From positions 2,030 to 66,029 of the forward strand of contig JABDBQ010000010.1 of the NCBI GenBank assembly GCA_013288555.1: a stretch of DNA of 64,000 nucleotides, read 5' to 3'. A program made the position numbers and the translations under genes. This DNA is from Bacteroidota bacterium. Its GTDB lineage: Bacteria > Bacteroidota > Bacteroidia > CAILMK01. The notes under the pieces were generated by a model. The model was not told the DNA's origin, did not search any database, and worked only from the letters and a program-made list of their open reading frames with translations. Below, piece by piece: positions 8,917 to 18,900 of the stretch (positions are counted from its first letter, which is position 1; each line of letters starts with the position of its first letter).

Positions 8917-9097
8917 TTCCCACCCCCTACCCCCGCCAGCGAGGGACAGCTTTAACTTGCTTTATCAGGTAATTTGATATTAATATTTCATATCATCTTT
9001 TTGATGGACAAAGAGATATTGCACAAAAATTTAAAAAATGGTGGTTAATAGCTGTCCCTCCCGAGTACTCGGGACAGGGGTTGGTGCTTTCACCAAC
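8917..9097. repeat. MITE-like intergenic structure: two copies of the CCCGA-hairpin element around an AT-rich core, plus a 7-bp stem hairpin
   Basis: A 16/17-bp IR with one mismatch, GAGGGACAGCTTTAAC (8941-8956) / GTTAATAGCTGTCCCTC (9044-9060). Perfect 16-bp palindrome TCCCGAGTACTCGGGA at 9059-9074. Hairpin GTTGGTG-cttt-CACCAAC at 9080-9097. It sits between convergent genes. Confidence 0.6.
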
Positions 9098-9109
9098 AAA
9101 TCCCCATTC

Positions 9110-10390
9110 CTACGTCTTTTGCTTTTTCTTCTTAGCAGCGGGGAACAGCACGTTGTTCAGGATCAACCTGTAGCCTGGACTGTTGGGGTGCAGGCTGAGA
9201 TCAGTAGGCGGATTGTTTACAAAATGCTGGTAGTCTTCCGGGTCGTGGCCGCCATAAAAAGTCCACATGCCTTTGCCGAACTCACCATGTATGTACCTGT
9301 CTTCATTTAGTGCCTTGTTCTGTCCCATCACGGTGACGGTAGGCTTTACATACTGGGCACGGAAAGCGGTAGTCTGTCCCATAAATCCTTTCACGATGCG
9401 CACATGGTCCTGGGTAAGCATGGTGGGTACAGGGTCCCATTTCGCTGAAAACTCAAACAATGTAAAATAATCGCTGGATTGCGGAATGGTGCGTGGCTCT
9501 GGTACATCAATATTCGACTTCACATAACTGTACGGATTTTCATCCACGCTGAAATTCTGAAAAGCAAATGTCTTTGTAAAATCAAGTTTTTTATTGGCAT
9601 TCGGGTCTGCCGGGTCGCCGTCAAAAGGCTCAGCACAAATATCAATACCATCTGCTGCCAAGGCAATATCATAAGAATCAGGTGCAGAACACATGGCAAA
9701 CATATAACCGCCTCCAGCAACAAAATCACGAATCTTTTTGGCTACAGCCAGTTTAAGTTGCGATACTTTCTGGTATCCCCATCTCGATGCAGTGGCTTCA
9801 TCTGCTTTTACGGCAGTCTGATACCATTCAAAATTCTGGTACTGACTCCAGAATTTCCCGAACTGTCCGGTAAAGTCCTCGTGGTGCAGGTGCAGCCAGT
9901 CGTACTCAGGTAATTTATTCTGCAGCAGATCATCATCATATACTACTGTATAGGGTATTTCAGCATATTTCAATACAAGGGTCACCGCATCATCCCATGG
10001 CTGAAACAAAGGTTTACCACCTACCATAGGAGAATACACAGCAATCTTAGGTACTTTTTCCAGTTTGATTACATCCTGGTTCGTAGAAGGATTTTCAATC
10101 TGGTCTTTGATATTATTATACTGGGCATCCGGCATGATCTCGTAAGAAACCCCACGGATATTGCATTCGGCTTCAATGGTAGAAGTCCAGGGAATACCAA
10201 AACTCCCGCCACGGTAGTTGAGCAGCCAATCTGCCGTACCGCCCTTAGATAAAACCCAATAAGTTATCCCGTAGGCTTTCAGGTGGTTTTTCTGCTGGTC
10301 ATCCATAGGTATCAATACCTCAACGGCAAATACTTTGCAGCTGAGAGCCAGGAGTGCCACGAACAAAAGCAGAAATTTTCTCATTGTCAA
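9110..10390 (-). CDS. Secreted conserved protein, possibly class-I glutamine-amidotransferase-like fold; function unknown
   Basis: Signal peptide. The central GGGYMFAMCSAPDSYD resembles a nucleophile-elbow Cys. From memory, relatives in Bacteroidota are often auto-annotated 'asparagine synthetase B'; I do not endorse that name. Confidence 0.4.
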   Translation of the reverse strand: MTMRKFLLLFVALLALSCKVFAVEVLIPMDDQQKNHLKAYGITYWVLSKGGTADWLLNYRGGSFGIPWTSTIEAECNIRGVSYEIMPDAQYNNIKDQIENPSTNQDVIKLEKVPKIAVYSPMVGGKPLFQPWDDAVTLVLKYAEIPYTVVYDDDLLQNKLPEYDWLHLHHEDFTGQFGKFWSQYQNFEWYQTAVKADEATASRWGYQKVSQLKLAVAKKIRDFVAGGGYMFAMCSAPDSYDIALAADGIDICAEPFDGDPADPNANKKLDFTKTFAFQNFSVDENPYSYVKSNIDVPEPRTIPQSSDYFTLFEFSAKWDPVPTMLTQDHVRIVKGFMGQTTAFRAQYVKPTVTVMGQNKALNEDRYIHGEFGKGMWTFYGGHDPEDYQHFVNNPPTDLSLHPNSPGYRLILNNVLFPAAKKKKQKT

Positions 10391-10446
10391 ATACTATTAA
10401 CGCGGGATTTAGAAAATATACACAATTGAAACAAAAATTGTTCCAC

Positions 10447-11919
10447 TTATATCTTTCTCAACAGATTATCCATGTTCAATTCTTCGGCCATGATGGCTTT
10501 AAGCTGGCTGGTATGAATCCGCACCTGCTCCATACTGTCACGATACCGAAGGGTTACGGTTTCATCTTCAAGGGTTTGATGGTCTATGGTAATGCAATAA
10601 GGTGTACCAATGGCATCCTGTCTCCTGTATCTCTTGCCAATGGCATCTTTCTCATCATACTGGCACATGTGGCTGTATTTAAGATCTTCAAATATGGCTC
10701 TTGCTTTTTCGGCAAGGCCGTCTTTTTTCATCAAAGGCAATATGGCTACTTTTATGGGAGCCAGAACTGGCGGTATCTTCATTACAACGCGCACACTGTT
10801 GTCTTCCAGGGTTTCTTCGGTATAAGCATTGCACAGGATCAATAAAAACATCCTGTCGGCACCAATCGATGTTTCCACAACGAATGGTATATAGTTCTGA
10901 TTCAATTCAGGATCAAAATACTGGAGTTTTTTGCCTGAAAATTCCTGGTGACGTTTCAGGTCGAAATCAGTCCTGGAATGCACCCCTTCTACTTCTTTAA
11001 ATCCGAATGGAAATTCATATTCAATATCCAGCGCGGCATTGGCATAGTGCGCCAGCTTGGCATGGTCATGAAATTTATATTTTTCAGGAGCAATGCCCAG
11101 TGACAAATGCCATCTCAACCTCTTTTCCTTCCAGTATTCATACCATTGCAGTTCATCGCCCGGACGGACAAAAAACTGCATTTCCATTTGTTCAAACTCA
11201 CGCATCCTGAAGATAAACTGGCGCGCAACGATCTCATTCCGGAAGGCCTTTCCAATCTGAGCGATACCAAAAGGTATTTTCTGGCGACTGGTTTTCTGAA
11301 CGTTCAAAAAATTGACAAATATACCCTGGGCTGTTTCCGGACGCAGATATACTTCCCCTGCATTTTCAGCCACTGACCCCATTTGGGTAGAAAACATCAG
11401 GTTGAATTGCCTGACATCGGTCCAGTTTTTAGATCCGGTTTCATCTGCGATCTCATTTTCTTCAATAAGGGTTTTTAGCCCCGGAAGATCGTTATTTGCC
11501 AGGCATGCCTCCATTTGCAATTGCAACTGTGTGGCTTTATCGGTTTTGCCTTTGCGTTCGTACTGTAATATCTTATCTTCAATCAGGACATCCGCCCTGT
11601 ATCTTTTTTTGGAATCCTTGTTATCTATCAAAGGATCACTGAAACTGTCCACGTGACCGGAAGCCTGCCATATTTTGGGATGCATAAAAATCGCTGAATC
11701 CAGTCCCACGATATTTTCATGAAGCTGTACCATAGATTTCCACCAGTATTCTTTAATATTTTTTTTGAGTTCAACCCCATTCTGACCATAGTCGTATATT
11801 GCTCCCAAGCCCTCATATATTTCACTGGAAGGAAATACATAGCCATATTCTTTGGCATGAGAAATAACGCGCTTGAACAGTTCTTCGCCTGATAATGTAT
11901 TTTTTTGCTGATTTGCCAT
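10447..11919 (-). CDS. glyQS: Glycine--tRNA ligase (homodimeric class II type)
   Basis: 490 aa. N-terminus ...AKEYGYVFPSSEIYEGLGAIYDYGQNGVELKKNI, class II motifs (YLRPETAQGIFVNF; GIAQIGKAFRNEI) and a C-terminal anticodon-binding domain. Confidence 0.9.
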   Translation of the reverse strand: MANQQKNTLSGEELFKRVISHAKEYGYVFPSSEIYEGLGAIYDYGQNGVELKKNIKEYWWKSMVQLHENIVGLDSAIFMHPKIWQASGHVDSFSDPLIDNKDSKKRYRADVLIEDKILQYERKGKTDKATQLQLQMEACLANNDLPGLKTLIEENEIADETGSKNWTDVRQFNLMFSTQMGSVAENAGEVYLRPETAQGIFVNFLNVQKTSRQKIPFGIAQIGKAFRNEIVARQFIFRMREFEQMEMQFFVRPGDELQWYEYWKEKRLRWHLSLGIAPEKYKFHDHAKLAHYANAALDIEYEFPFGFKEVEGVHSRTDFDLKRHQEFSGKKLQYFDPELNQNYIPFVVETSIGADRMFLLILCNAYTEETLEDNSVRVVMKIPPVLAPIKVAILPLMKKDGLAEKARAIFEDLKYSHMCQYDEKDAIGKRYRRQDAIGTPYCITIDHQTLEDETVTLRYRDSMEQVRIHTSQLKAIMAEELNMDNLLRKI

Positions 11920-11933
11920 GGTGCGAAATTAGG

Positions 11934-11975
11934 CAAAGGTGAGAAGTGAGAAGTAAGAAGTGAGAAGAAAATGGT
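11934..11975. repeat. Heptamer array (GAGAAGT-type words) just upstream of glyQS
   Basis: aaaggt gagaagt gagaagt aagaagt gagaaga aaatggt. Same word family as 5911-5945, 7304-7338 and the reverse complement of 31785-31818. Confidence 0.8.
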
Positions 11976-12080
11976 GAATTTATAAATTGGCATTTGAGAA
12001 AATATTACGATTAACATCATATTAACAATTCTATTTAGATATTAATAATACTTTTGCAGCCAATACAATCAAGTTAAAAG

Positions 12081-14288
12081 ATGAAAAAACGCGCAGCAAC
12101 ATTTTTAATCATACTCTTCTCGGCACATTTTATATATGCAGGCCCCCCCTCTACTTCAGCATTTGCTGATGAAGGTATGTGGTTGCCCCTTTATCTGAAA
12201 AAAATGAATGAAAAAGCGATGAAGGCTGATGGTGCCCGTTTTTCAGCAGATGATGTATATGACATTAACCATACCAGTTTTAAAGATGCTGTCGTAAGAC
12301 TCAATGGCGGTATGTGTACTGCTGAACTGGTAAGCGCTGAAGGATTGATGCTTACCAACCACCACTGTGGTTATGAGAAGATTGCAGAACACAGCGATGT
12401 GACCCATGATTATTTGAAAGATGGTTTCTGGGCCATGAAAAAGTCAGATGAACTTCCCAACCCGGGATTTACAGCTGAAATCCTTCAATACATGGAAGAC
12501 GAAACGGATTTTATCAATAATGCCGTTAAAAACATTAGTTCCGATGATGCTAAAGAAGCCCGTATCAAGGCCATTAAAGACTCGATTGGCAATGCCGCTT
12601 CAAAAGATGGGAAATTTAAGGCCCGCGTAGAAAACTTTTTTGCAGGGAACCAGTATTTCCTCGTTGTTTACCAGGAATTTCAGGATGTAAGGCTGGTAGG
12701 CGCTCCACCTTCATCTATCGGGAAATTCGGTGGCGATGTAGACAACTGGATGTGGCCGCGTCACACAGGGGATTTCAGCGTGTTCAGGATATATGTCGGG
12801 CCTGATGGCAACCCGGTACCATACAGTAAAGATAACGTACCTTATAAACCCAAATACTATTTTCCGATTTCATTGAAAGGAGAGAAAAAAGGTGATTTTG
12901 CCATGGTGATGGGATATCCCGGCCATACCAACCGCTATGCTACTGCTTCTGATTTGGCATATAGCCGCGATGTTGAAAACCCGACAATTATTGATGCTTT
13001 TGAAACGAAATTGGCTGTGATGAAAAAAGCTATGGATGCCGATGAAGCTATAAAAATAAAACTTGCTGAAGACTATGCATCAACAAGCAATACTTATAAA
13101 TATTATGTGGGCCAGGAACTGCTACTAAAACATGGCGCAGGTTTCTCAGCTAAAACAGAAGAAGAAAAAGGATTTACCGATTGGGTAAACAGCGATGCAG
13201 ACCGCAAAAAGAAATATGGGAATGTTTTATCTGGCATTAAAGATGCCAATGACAAGCTGGCTACCATAGAACCTGCATTCAGCTATTTCAATTATGGTTT
13301 TGCAAGTTCTCCTTTATTCGGATACTACAGAACATATAGCCCATTCTTTAAATATACCCGCGAAGGGGCTGCAAAACCGGGCAAAGGAGATCTCGACACC
13401 GCTGCAAAAATGATCACTGATAAAGTAAATGCTTATTTCGCAGGTGGAACCGGTGAAATTGATAAAAAAGCTTTTGCAGCCGCTTTACTCGATATGTACA
13501 ATATGATTCCAGCGGCAAGCAGACCAGACGAACTCACAAAAATTGTTTCAGAAGATAAAAAGGCCGCAACTCCCGAAATAGCTGTAAATGATTTTGTTGA
13601 CAAACTTTATAAAAAATCAATGCTGCTGGATAAGGACAAAGCCAGTTCATTTCTTAAACACCCCAATCTCAAGAAACTAAAAAATGACCCCTTCTATGCT
13701 TTTGAAAGAAGCATGTTGAATTACTATATTAAAAATCTTTTGCCCACTTATTATTCTGTGGAACAAGGCATAGCTGATAACCGTAAATTGTACCTGGCCG
13801 GACTGATGGAATGGAAGAAAGACAAAAATTTCTATCCGAATGCGAATTCTACCTTCAGGGTCACTTATGGTAATGTATTGCCATATATCCCACGTGATGG
13901 TGTTACGTATAAATATTATACCACCTATGAGGGTATCGTTGAAAAGAGCAACCCAAAAGACCCGGAATTCATTGTACCACAAAGGGAACTGGATCTTTTT
14001 GCCAAAAAAGATTTCGGCAGGTACGCACAGGATGATACTTTAAGAATTGATTTCCTGGCCAATACGGATATTACAGGCGGCAATTCAGGTAGCCCTGTTG
14101 TTGATGGTAACGGCAACCTGATCGGACTGGCGTTTGACGGCGACTGGGAATCCATGATTGGTGACCTGGTATTCAATCCTGCAACCAACAGAACCATTTG
14201 CGTAGATATACGCTATGTTCTCTGGGTGATGGATAAATATGCCGGCGCTACCAACCTGATCAATGAGATGAAGATTGTGGAGAAATAA
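12081..14288 (+). CDS. S46 family dipeptidyl-peptidase (DPP7/DPP11 type)
   Basis: Signal peptide followed by DEGMWLP. Catalytic His region TNHHCGY and Ser region TGGNSGSPVVDGNGNLIGLAFDG. Confidence 0.9.
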   Translation: MKKRAATFLIILFSAHFIYAGPPSTSAFADEGMWLPLYLKKMNEKAMKADGARFSADDVYDINHTSFKDAVVRLNGGMCTAELVSAEGLMLTNHHCGYEKIAEHSDVTHDYLKDGFWAMKKSDELPNPGFTAEILQYMEDETDFINNAVKNISSDDAKEARIKAIKDSIGNAASKDGKFKARVENFFAGNQYFLVVYQEFQDVRLVGAPPSSIGKFGGDVDNWMWPRHTGDFSVFRIYVGPDGNPVPYSKDNVPYKPKYYFPISLKGEKKGDFAMVMGYPGHTNRYATASDLAYSRDVENPTIIDAFETKLAVMKKAMDADEAIKIKLAEDYASTSNTYKYYVGQELLLKHGAGFSAKTEEEKGFTDWVNSDADRKKKYGNVLSGIKDANDKLATIEPAFSYFNYGFASSPLFGYYRTYSPFFKYTREGAAKPGKGDLDTAAKMITDKVNAYFAGGTGEIDKKAFAAALLDMYNMIPAASRPDELTKIVSEDKKAATPEIAVNDFVDKLYKKSMLLDKDKASSFLKHPNLKKLKNDPFYAFERSMLNYYIKNLLPTYYSVEQGIADNRKLYLAGLMEWKKDKNFYPNANSTFRVTYGNVLPYIPRDGVTYKYYTTYEGIVEKSNPKDPEFIVPQRELDLFAKKDFGRYAQDDTLRIDFLANTDITGGNSGSPVVDGNGNLIGLAFDGDWESMIGDLVFNPATNRTICVDIRYVLWVMDKYAGATNLINEMKIVEK

Positions 14289-14306
14289 TCAATTTGAAAA
14301 TTTGGA

Positions 14307-14343
14307 AATGAGGCAATTTGAAAATGAATTTCATTGCCTCATT
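14307..14343. terminator. Hairpin between convergent genes (11-bp perfect stem AATGAGGCAAT / ATTGCCTCATT, 15-nt loop)
   Basis: Arms at 14307-14317 and 14333-14343. The right arm overlaps the stop codon of the minus-strand ORF ending at 14339. There is no strong U-tract, so terminator function is inferred. Confidence 0.5.
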
Positions 14344-15790
14344 GTCTTATTGGCTCATTTTCAAATAGTTTTTCAATTTCATTTAGTAACCAGATGGCGT
14401 TGACAACGTTTTTGGTTTCGATCACCGTTTGCTTCAAGGCTTTGATTTTATTATTGTTGTGCCTGCGCTCATAAGGCAGCATGATTTTATACACAAAGGC
14501 TTTCCGGGCAAATTTCAGCAGGTTGCTATATGTATCAAAAGTATCGGTTGAAATAAGTTTGTTCCTGCTGAGATAGGCTTTGAATGTGGTAATTAATGCA
14601 AAAAAAGACTCTTCCTCATCCAGTTCAAAATAGATTTTGAGCAGCATGGACTTAGAATCCAGGTTATAGTAAACGTCCTTAAAATCAACAGATTGCAATA
14701 AGCGGGTTGCTTTTTTATATTCCCTGGTTTCGTAATAATAGTTGGCCAGGTTATACGTATAGGCGTTTTCACGAACTTCTCCGGGCAATTCCGGTTTCAG
14801 CTCATTAATGATCTTATAGGTCCACTCATGATCTCCCAAACGCAAAGCAATAGAAACCATGTTTTTCAAATCCCACTGCAGGTTTTTGTTATTTGCCTTC
14901 ATAAGCCCTATCTCATGCATATATTTATATATATCAAGCAATTCATTGTAAAACTTTGACACACCGCTGTTTACTTTCCTTATACAATAGTTTTGAAGGT
15001 ATCCGTATAGAGACCGTTGTTCGTCCTGTTCAAAAAGTTGAATATGCTTAGTAACGTCATCTTTCAAAACATTAAAATGCTCCATATTATTGGGGTCCTT
15101 GAGCATAACCAGAATACGGTAATAAATTGAAATGGAAGGTATTACGGTATACTTTTCAAAATTTAATTTTACGATTTCCAATAACTCATCCAGCATGTTA
15201 AATTCATAATCTATGGCCAGAATGCGTTTCCGGTTCATCATTTCACAACTGTCCCTGAGTTTGGCAGATAAATAAAAGATATCCAGCTGATCCACTTTTT
15301 TCTGAAGGCTTTCATCCCCTTGTATTCTCGCCTGATCAAGGAAAATTTTATCAGCCTCCGCCTGGTACTGGAATTCTTCATAATAATAATTGCTGTCACG
15401 ATATGGCTTTTGACTGCTCATTTCCAGAATATCTTTTTGGACAACAGAATACAACTCTTCCAGTTGATTGACTCTGATATAATTGAGGAGGTTAAGTTTT
15501 TGATTCCATTGCTGTTCTGTATATTGTTCTTCGCTCAGAAACGTCTCCATTAATCGCAGAGATTTATACATCAGATCAGGAATTCTGCGCTCTTCGAAAA
15601 TTTTACCCGGGTAAAGTTTTGAATAGATCTCTTCTTTCGAAACATTGAATTTTCCCGGACAAATCAATTTTACAAAGCCTGTAATCTCCTCATTTTTATT
15701 AAAATATGGCGATTGCAAAAAGTCAAGAAACCTTAATTGCTGCTGCTTATTCAGCTTTTGAAGCGTTTTATAAAATTTGCTCTGTTCCAT
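14339..15790 (-). CDS. Uncharacterised all-alpha TPR-like cytoplasmic protein (partner A of giant T9SS protein)
   Basis: 483 aa with no signal peptide or TM segment, colinear with paralog 20617-22065. Shared blocks include SPYFNKNEE, KLNLLNYIRVN, FYLSAKLRDSCEMMNRKRIL, DEQRSLYGYLQNYCIRKVNSG and FKDVYYNLDSKSMLLKIYFE. TPR-like NLANYYYET...KKAT. Confidence 0.75.
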   Translation of the reverse strand: MEQSKFYKTLQKLNKQQQLRFLDFLQSPYFNKNEEITGFVKLICPGKFNVSKEEIYSKLYPGKIFEERRIPDLMYKSLRLMETFLSEEQYTEQQWNQKLNLLNYIRVNQLEELYSVVQKDILEMSSQKPYRDSNYYYEEFQYQAEADKIFLDQARIQGDESLQKKVDQLDIFYLSAKLRDSCEMMNRKRILAIDYEFNMLDELLEIVKLNFEKYTVIPSISIYYRILVMLKDPNNMEHFNVLKDDVTKHIQLFEQDEQRSLYGYLQNYCIRKVNSGVSKFYNELLDIYKYMHEIGLMKANNKNLQWDLKNMVSIALRLGDHEWTYKIINELKPELPGEVRENAYTYNLANYYYETREYKKATRLLQSVDFKDVYYNLDSKSMLLKIYFELDEEESFFALITTFKAYLSRNKLISTDTFDTYSNLLKFARKAFVYKIMLPYERRHNNNKIKALKQTVIETKNVVNAIWLLNEIEKLFENEPIRQ

Positions 15791-15952
15791 AAAACAAATA
15801 TAACAATTTTGTGTAATTTTTCAAAATATCATACTTTTTGTAACTTTCATATTATTCATTTTCAATATTTTAATCTTTTTAATCTTTTAATTTTTTAATA
15901 ATGTATTTGTAAACATGAAAATAATGTGTTTTTTCTTCGCTTTCACATTGCA

Positions 15953-15960
15953 AATCTTTG
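15953..15960 (+). promoter_or_regulatory. Candidate Bacteroidota -7 box (AATCTTTG, 7/8 to TAnnTTTG), 26 nt before the ATG
   Basis: Identical octamer at identical spacing upstream of the paralogous gene (22223-22230). It is part of a conserved block, AATCTTTGTATCATGAATTAWTCTAAATG. Confidence 0.3.
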
Positions 15961-15978
15961 TATCATGAATTAATCTAA

Positions 15979-18900
15979 ATGAAAACAACTAACTTTTCAC
16001 TCAATATGAAAGCACAAATCAACCCCACCCGGGCTCGCAGGTTTCAATTAAATCTAGCAGCCATCCTGCTTTTAATTATTCTCTTTAATGGCTTCAAAAC
16101 CCATGGCCAAAAAGTCAAAAACTTTGCCGCCAATCAGCCCTTCCTTTTTGAAGAAAACAAAGGACAGCTAATGGATGAATCCGGGAATACACTTTCAGAC
16201 ATTAAATACTATGGAAAACAGGGAGATGTATACGTATACTGCAAACCCGGCATGTTGAGTTTTGTTTTCACAAAGATTGAAAAGCAAGCAAATGATGTTT
16301 CCGAGGCAACAGGTATGGAAACGGGATCCCCCTTTGGAAAGCATGTCCCGACTTATTCGGGAGGGGCAGGGGGATTTAAGCGCTCTTCCCACGCCGCACT
16401 CCACGCTTCTGTTTCCACTTCACGAATGGACCTCGTTCTCCTTGGCTCCAATCCCACCCCGTTAATCTCCGCCACAGACCAACAGGAATATTATGAAAAT
16501 TTCTATATCAGTGGGGATGCCAATCGCGAAATCACGAATGTACACACCTATAAAAAAGTTATTTATAAAAACATATATCCGAATATCGACATGCTGCTCA
16601 ATATTGCCAATAAAGGCATGGAATATTCCTTTTTGGTACACCCAGGCGGAAAGGTGAATAATATAAAATTGAGATGGGATGGAGCTGAGAAAGAAGAAGC
16701 TCTAAAAAATGGCGGTATCAAATATGCCAATATTTCGGGAAGCATGGAAGAGAGTGCACCGAAGAGTTTTGTGGATGGGAAAACAATTCAGAGCAGGTTT
16801 TTTAAGGACGGAACTCAGTTCAGTTTTAGAGTAGAAAATTATGATAAGAAAAAAGATTTATTAATTGATCCAACATTAGAATGGGCGACGTATTATGGGG
16901 GGAGTAATATTGATGGATCAAATTGCGTATCAGTTGATAAATTAGGGAATATTGCCATTTGTGGTACTACGGTATCAACATCCGGTATTGCTACTACTGG
17001 ATCATTTCAGTCAACATATTTATATTATTCAGGAGGGTCTGCATATGACGCATTTATTGCCACATTCAGTAACGATGGAAAAAGGCGCTGGGCAACATAT
17101 TATGGATCCTATTTTTCGACTTATGGTCTAATGGGACTAGCATTTGACGGATCCGGAAATGTATATCTTGGAGGAAGTACCGATCAACAAAGCAATATTG
17201 CAACTTCTGGCGCTTACCAAACAACAACAAATTATCAGGATGCGTATCTGGTTAAGTTTGATACTAGTGGTTACAGGCTGTGGGGAACATATTTCGGCGG
17301 AAATTATATTACAAATCTTACAGGAGTTGCTACGGATTCCTCAAATAATGTGTATATAACCGGATTAACCAGAAGTACTACTAATATAGCTACAAATGGG
17401 GCCTATCAAACTTCCATGGCAGGAGGGACAAGTTATGGTGATGCTTTTTTGGCAAAATTCAGCTCAAGCGGTTCAATAATCTGGTCGACCTATTTTGGCG
17501 GTTCCAGCGATGACCTGCCATTTTCAGTGTCAGTTGACAGACTTCAGAATATTTATATAACAGGTCAAACTTCCAGTACAAATGGTATTGCTACATCGGG
17601 GGCTTATAGAACTTATTACAATGGAGGTAATCAATGCGATGGCTTTTTAACAAAATTTAATACAAATGGAGGATTGACCTGGTCTACTTATTTTGGTGGA
17701 CTCGGCTCTGAAGGGGCCGGATTTAAAACTGCAATTGATCGCATTGGCAATATTTATTTAACAGGAATTGCAACAAATTCAGGTTTAGCTACTAGCGGCG
17801 CTTTCAAAACTAATTTCAGCGGCAATGGTGAAGGATTTTTAGCAAAATTTAATACTTCAGGTTACCCCAAATGGGTAACCTATTATGATGGAGGGATTGA
17901 AGGCGTGGTAGTAGATGACACAGGAAACATCTTTATAACAGGCGGAACCCAGAGCACAACCGGAATGACTACGAAATATGCATATCAATCCACACCAACC
18001 AACTTATATCTTGCGCAATTTGACAGCTCGGGCTCGCGACTTTGGGGAACTTATTATGGTTGGGTTGGCACTCCAAATTATGATGAAGTTTTTGGAATTG
18101 CCTGTGACAAATGGAACCATATTTATATTACTGGATTTACAACCAATTCATCAGGGATTTCAACTAAGTATAGTTATCAGCCGTCATATGGAGGGGGCGA
18201 GGATGCATTCTTAGCCAGATTCAAGCTTTGGGCTCATAATGATGCTGGGATAGATTCAATTCAAATCCCAAATGTTAACTGTGCTGATAGCTATCAGGTA
18301 AAAGTAGTATTAAAAAATTACGGATTAAATCCCCTGAAAAAGGTTAACATTCGATTGGATATTAATAGCGATTCATCAAAAACATACCCATGGACCGGAA
18401 ATTTGCAAATGGATAGTTCCGCTTTTGTCAACATGGGATATTTCAATTTTAAACCAGGTAAAGATTCAGTTCGTGTATGGACATCAATGCCCAATGGAGT
18501 TATTGATTCTATTCCACAAAATGATTCTGCGATGGTTATTGCTACTGTTAATTCTTTACCGAATGCTTACACCAGAGGCAATCTTACAATTTGTCAGGGG
18601 CCAGACAGTATTCCCATAGGAACAACATCAATTACCGGCCATACTTATTTGTGGACTTCCAAACCTTCGGGCTTTACCTCAAATATTGATGATCCATTTG
18701 TTAAACCAACAAAAACAACTACATATTACTTAACAGAAACGATTACTGCGACGGGATGTTCTGCTACAGATTCCTCAGTAATATCCGTTAATCCTATACC
18801 AACTGCAAATGCTGGAAAAAGCCGATCAATTTGCTATGGTTATGTTGATACCCTTGGCTCATCCGATGTACCGGGTGATACTTACGCATGGTTCGAATAT

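Noticed and set aside
9110-10390. Calling this gene asparagine synthetase B
   Set aside because: I recall relatives being auto-annotated that way. However, the protein has a signal peptide and lacks the N-terminal Cys-2 glutaminase start and the synthetase PP-loop (SGGxDS). I kept it as a secreted protein of unknown function.
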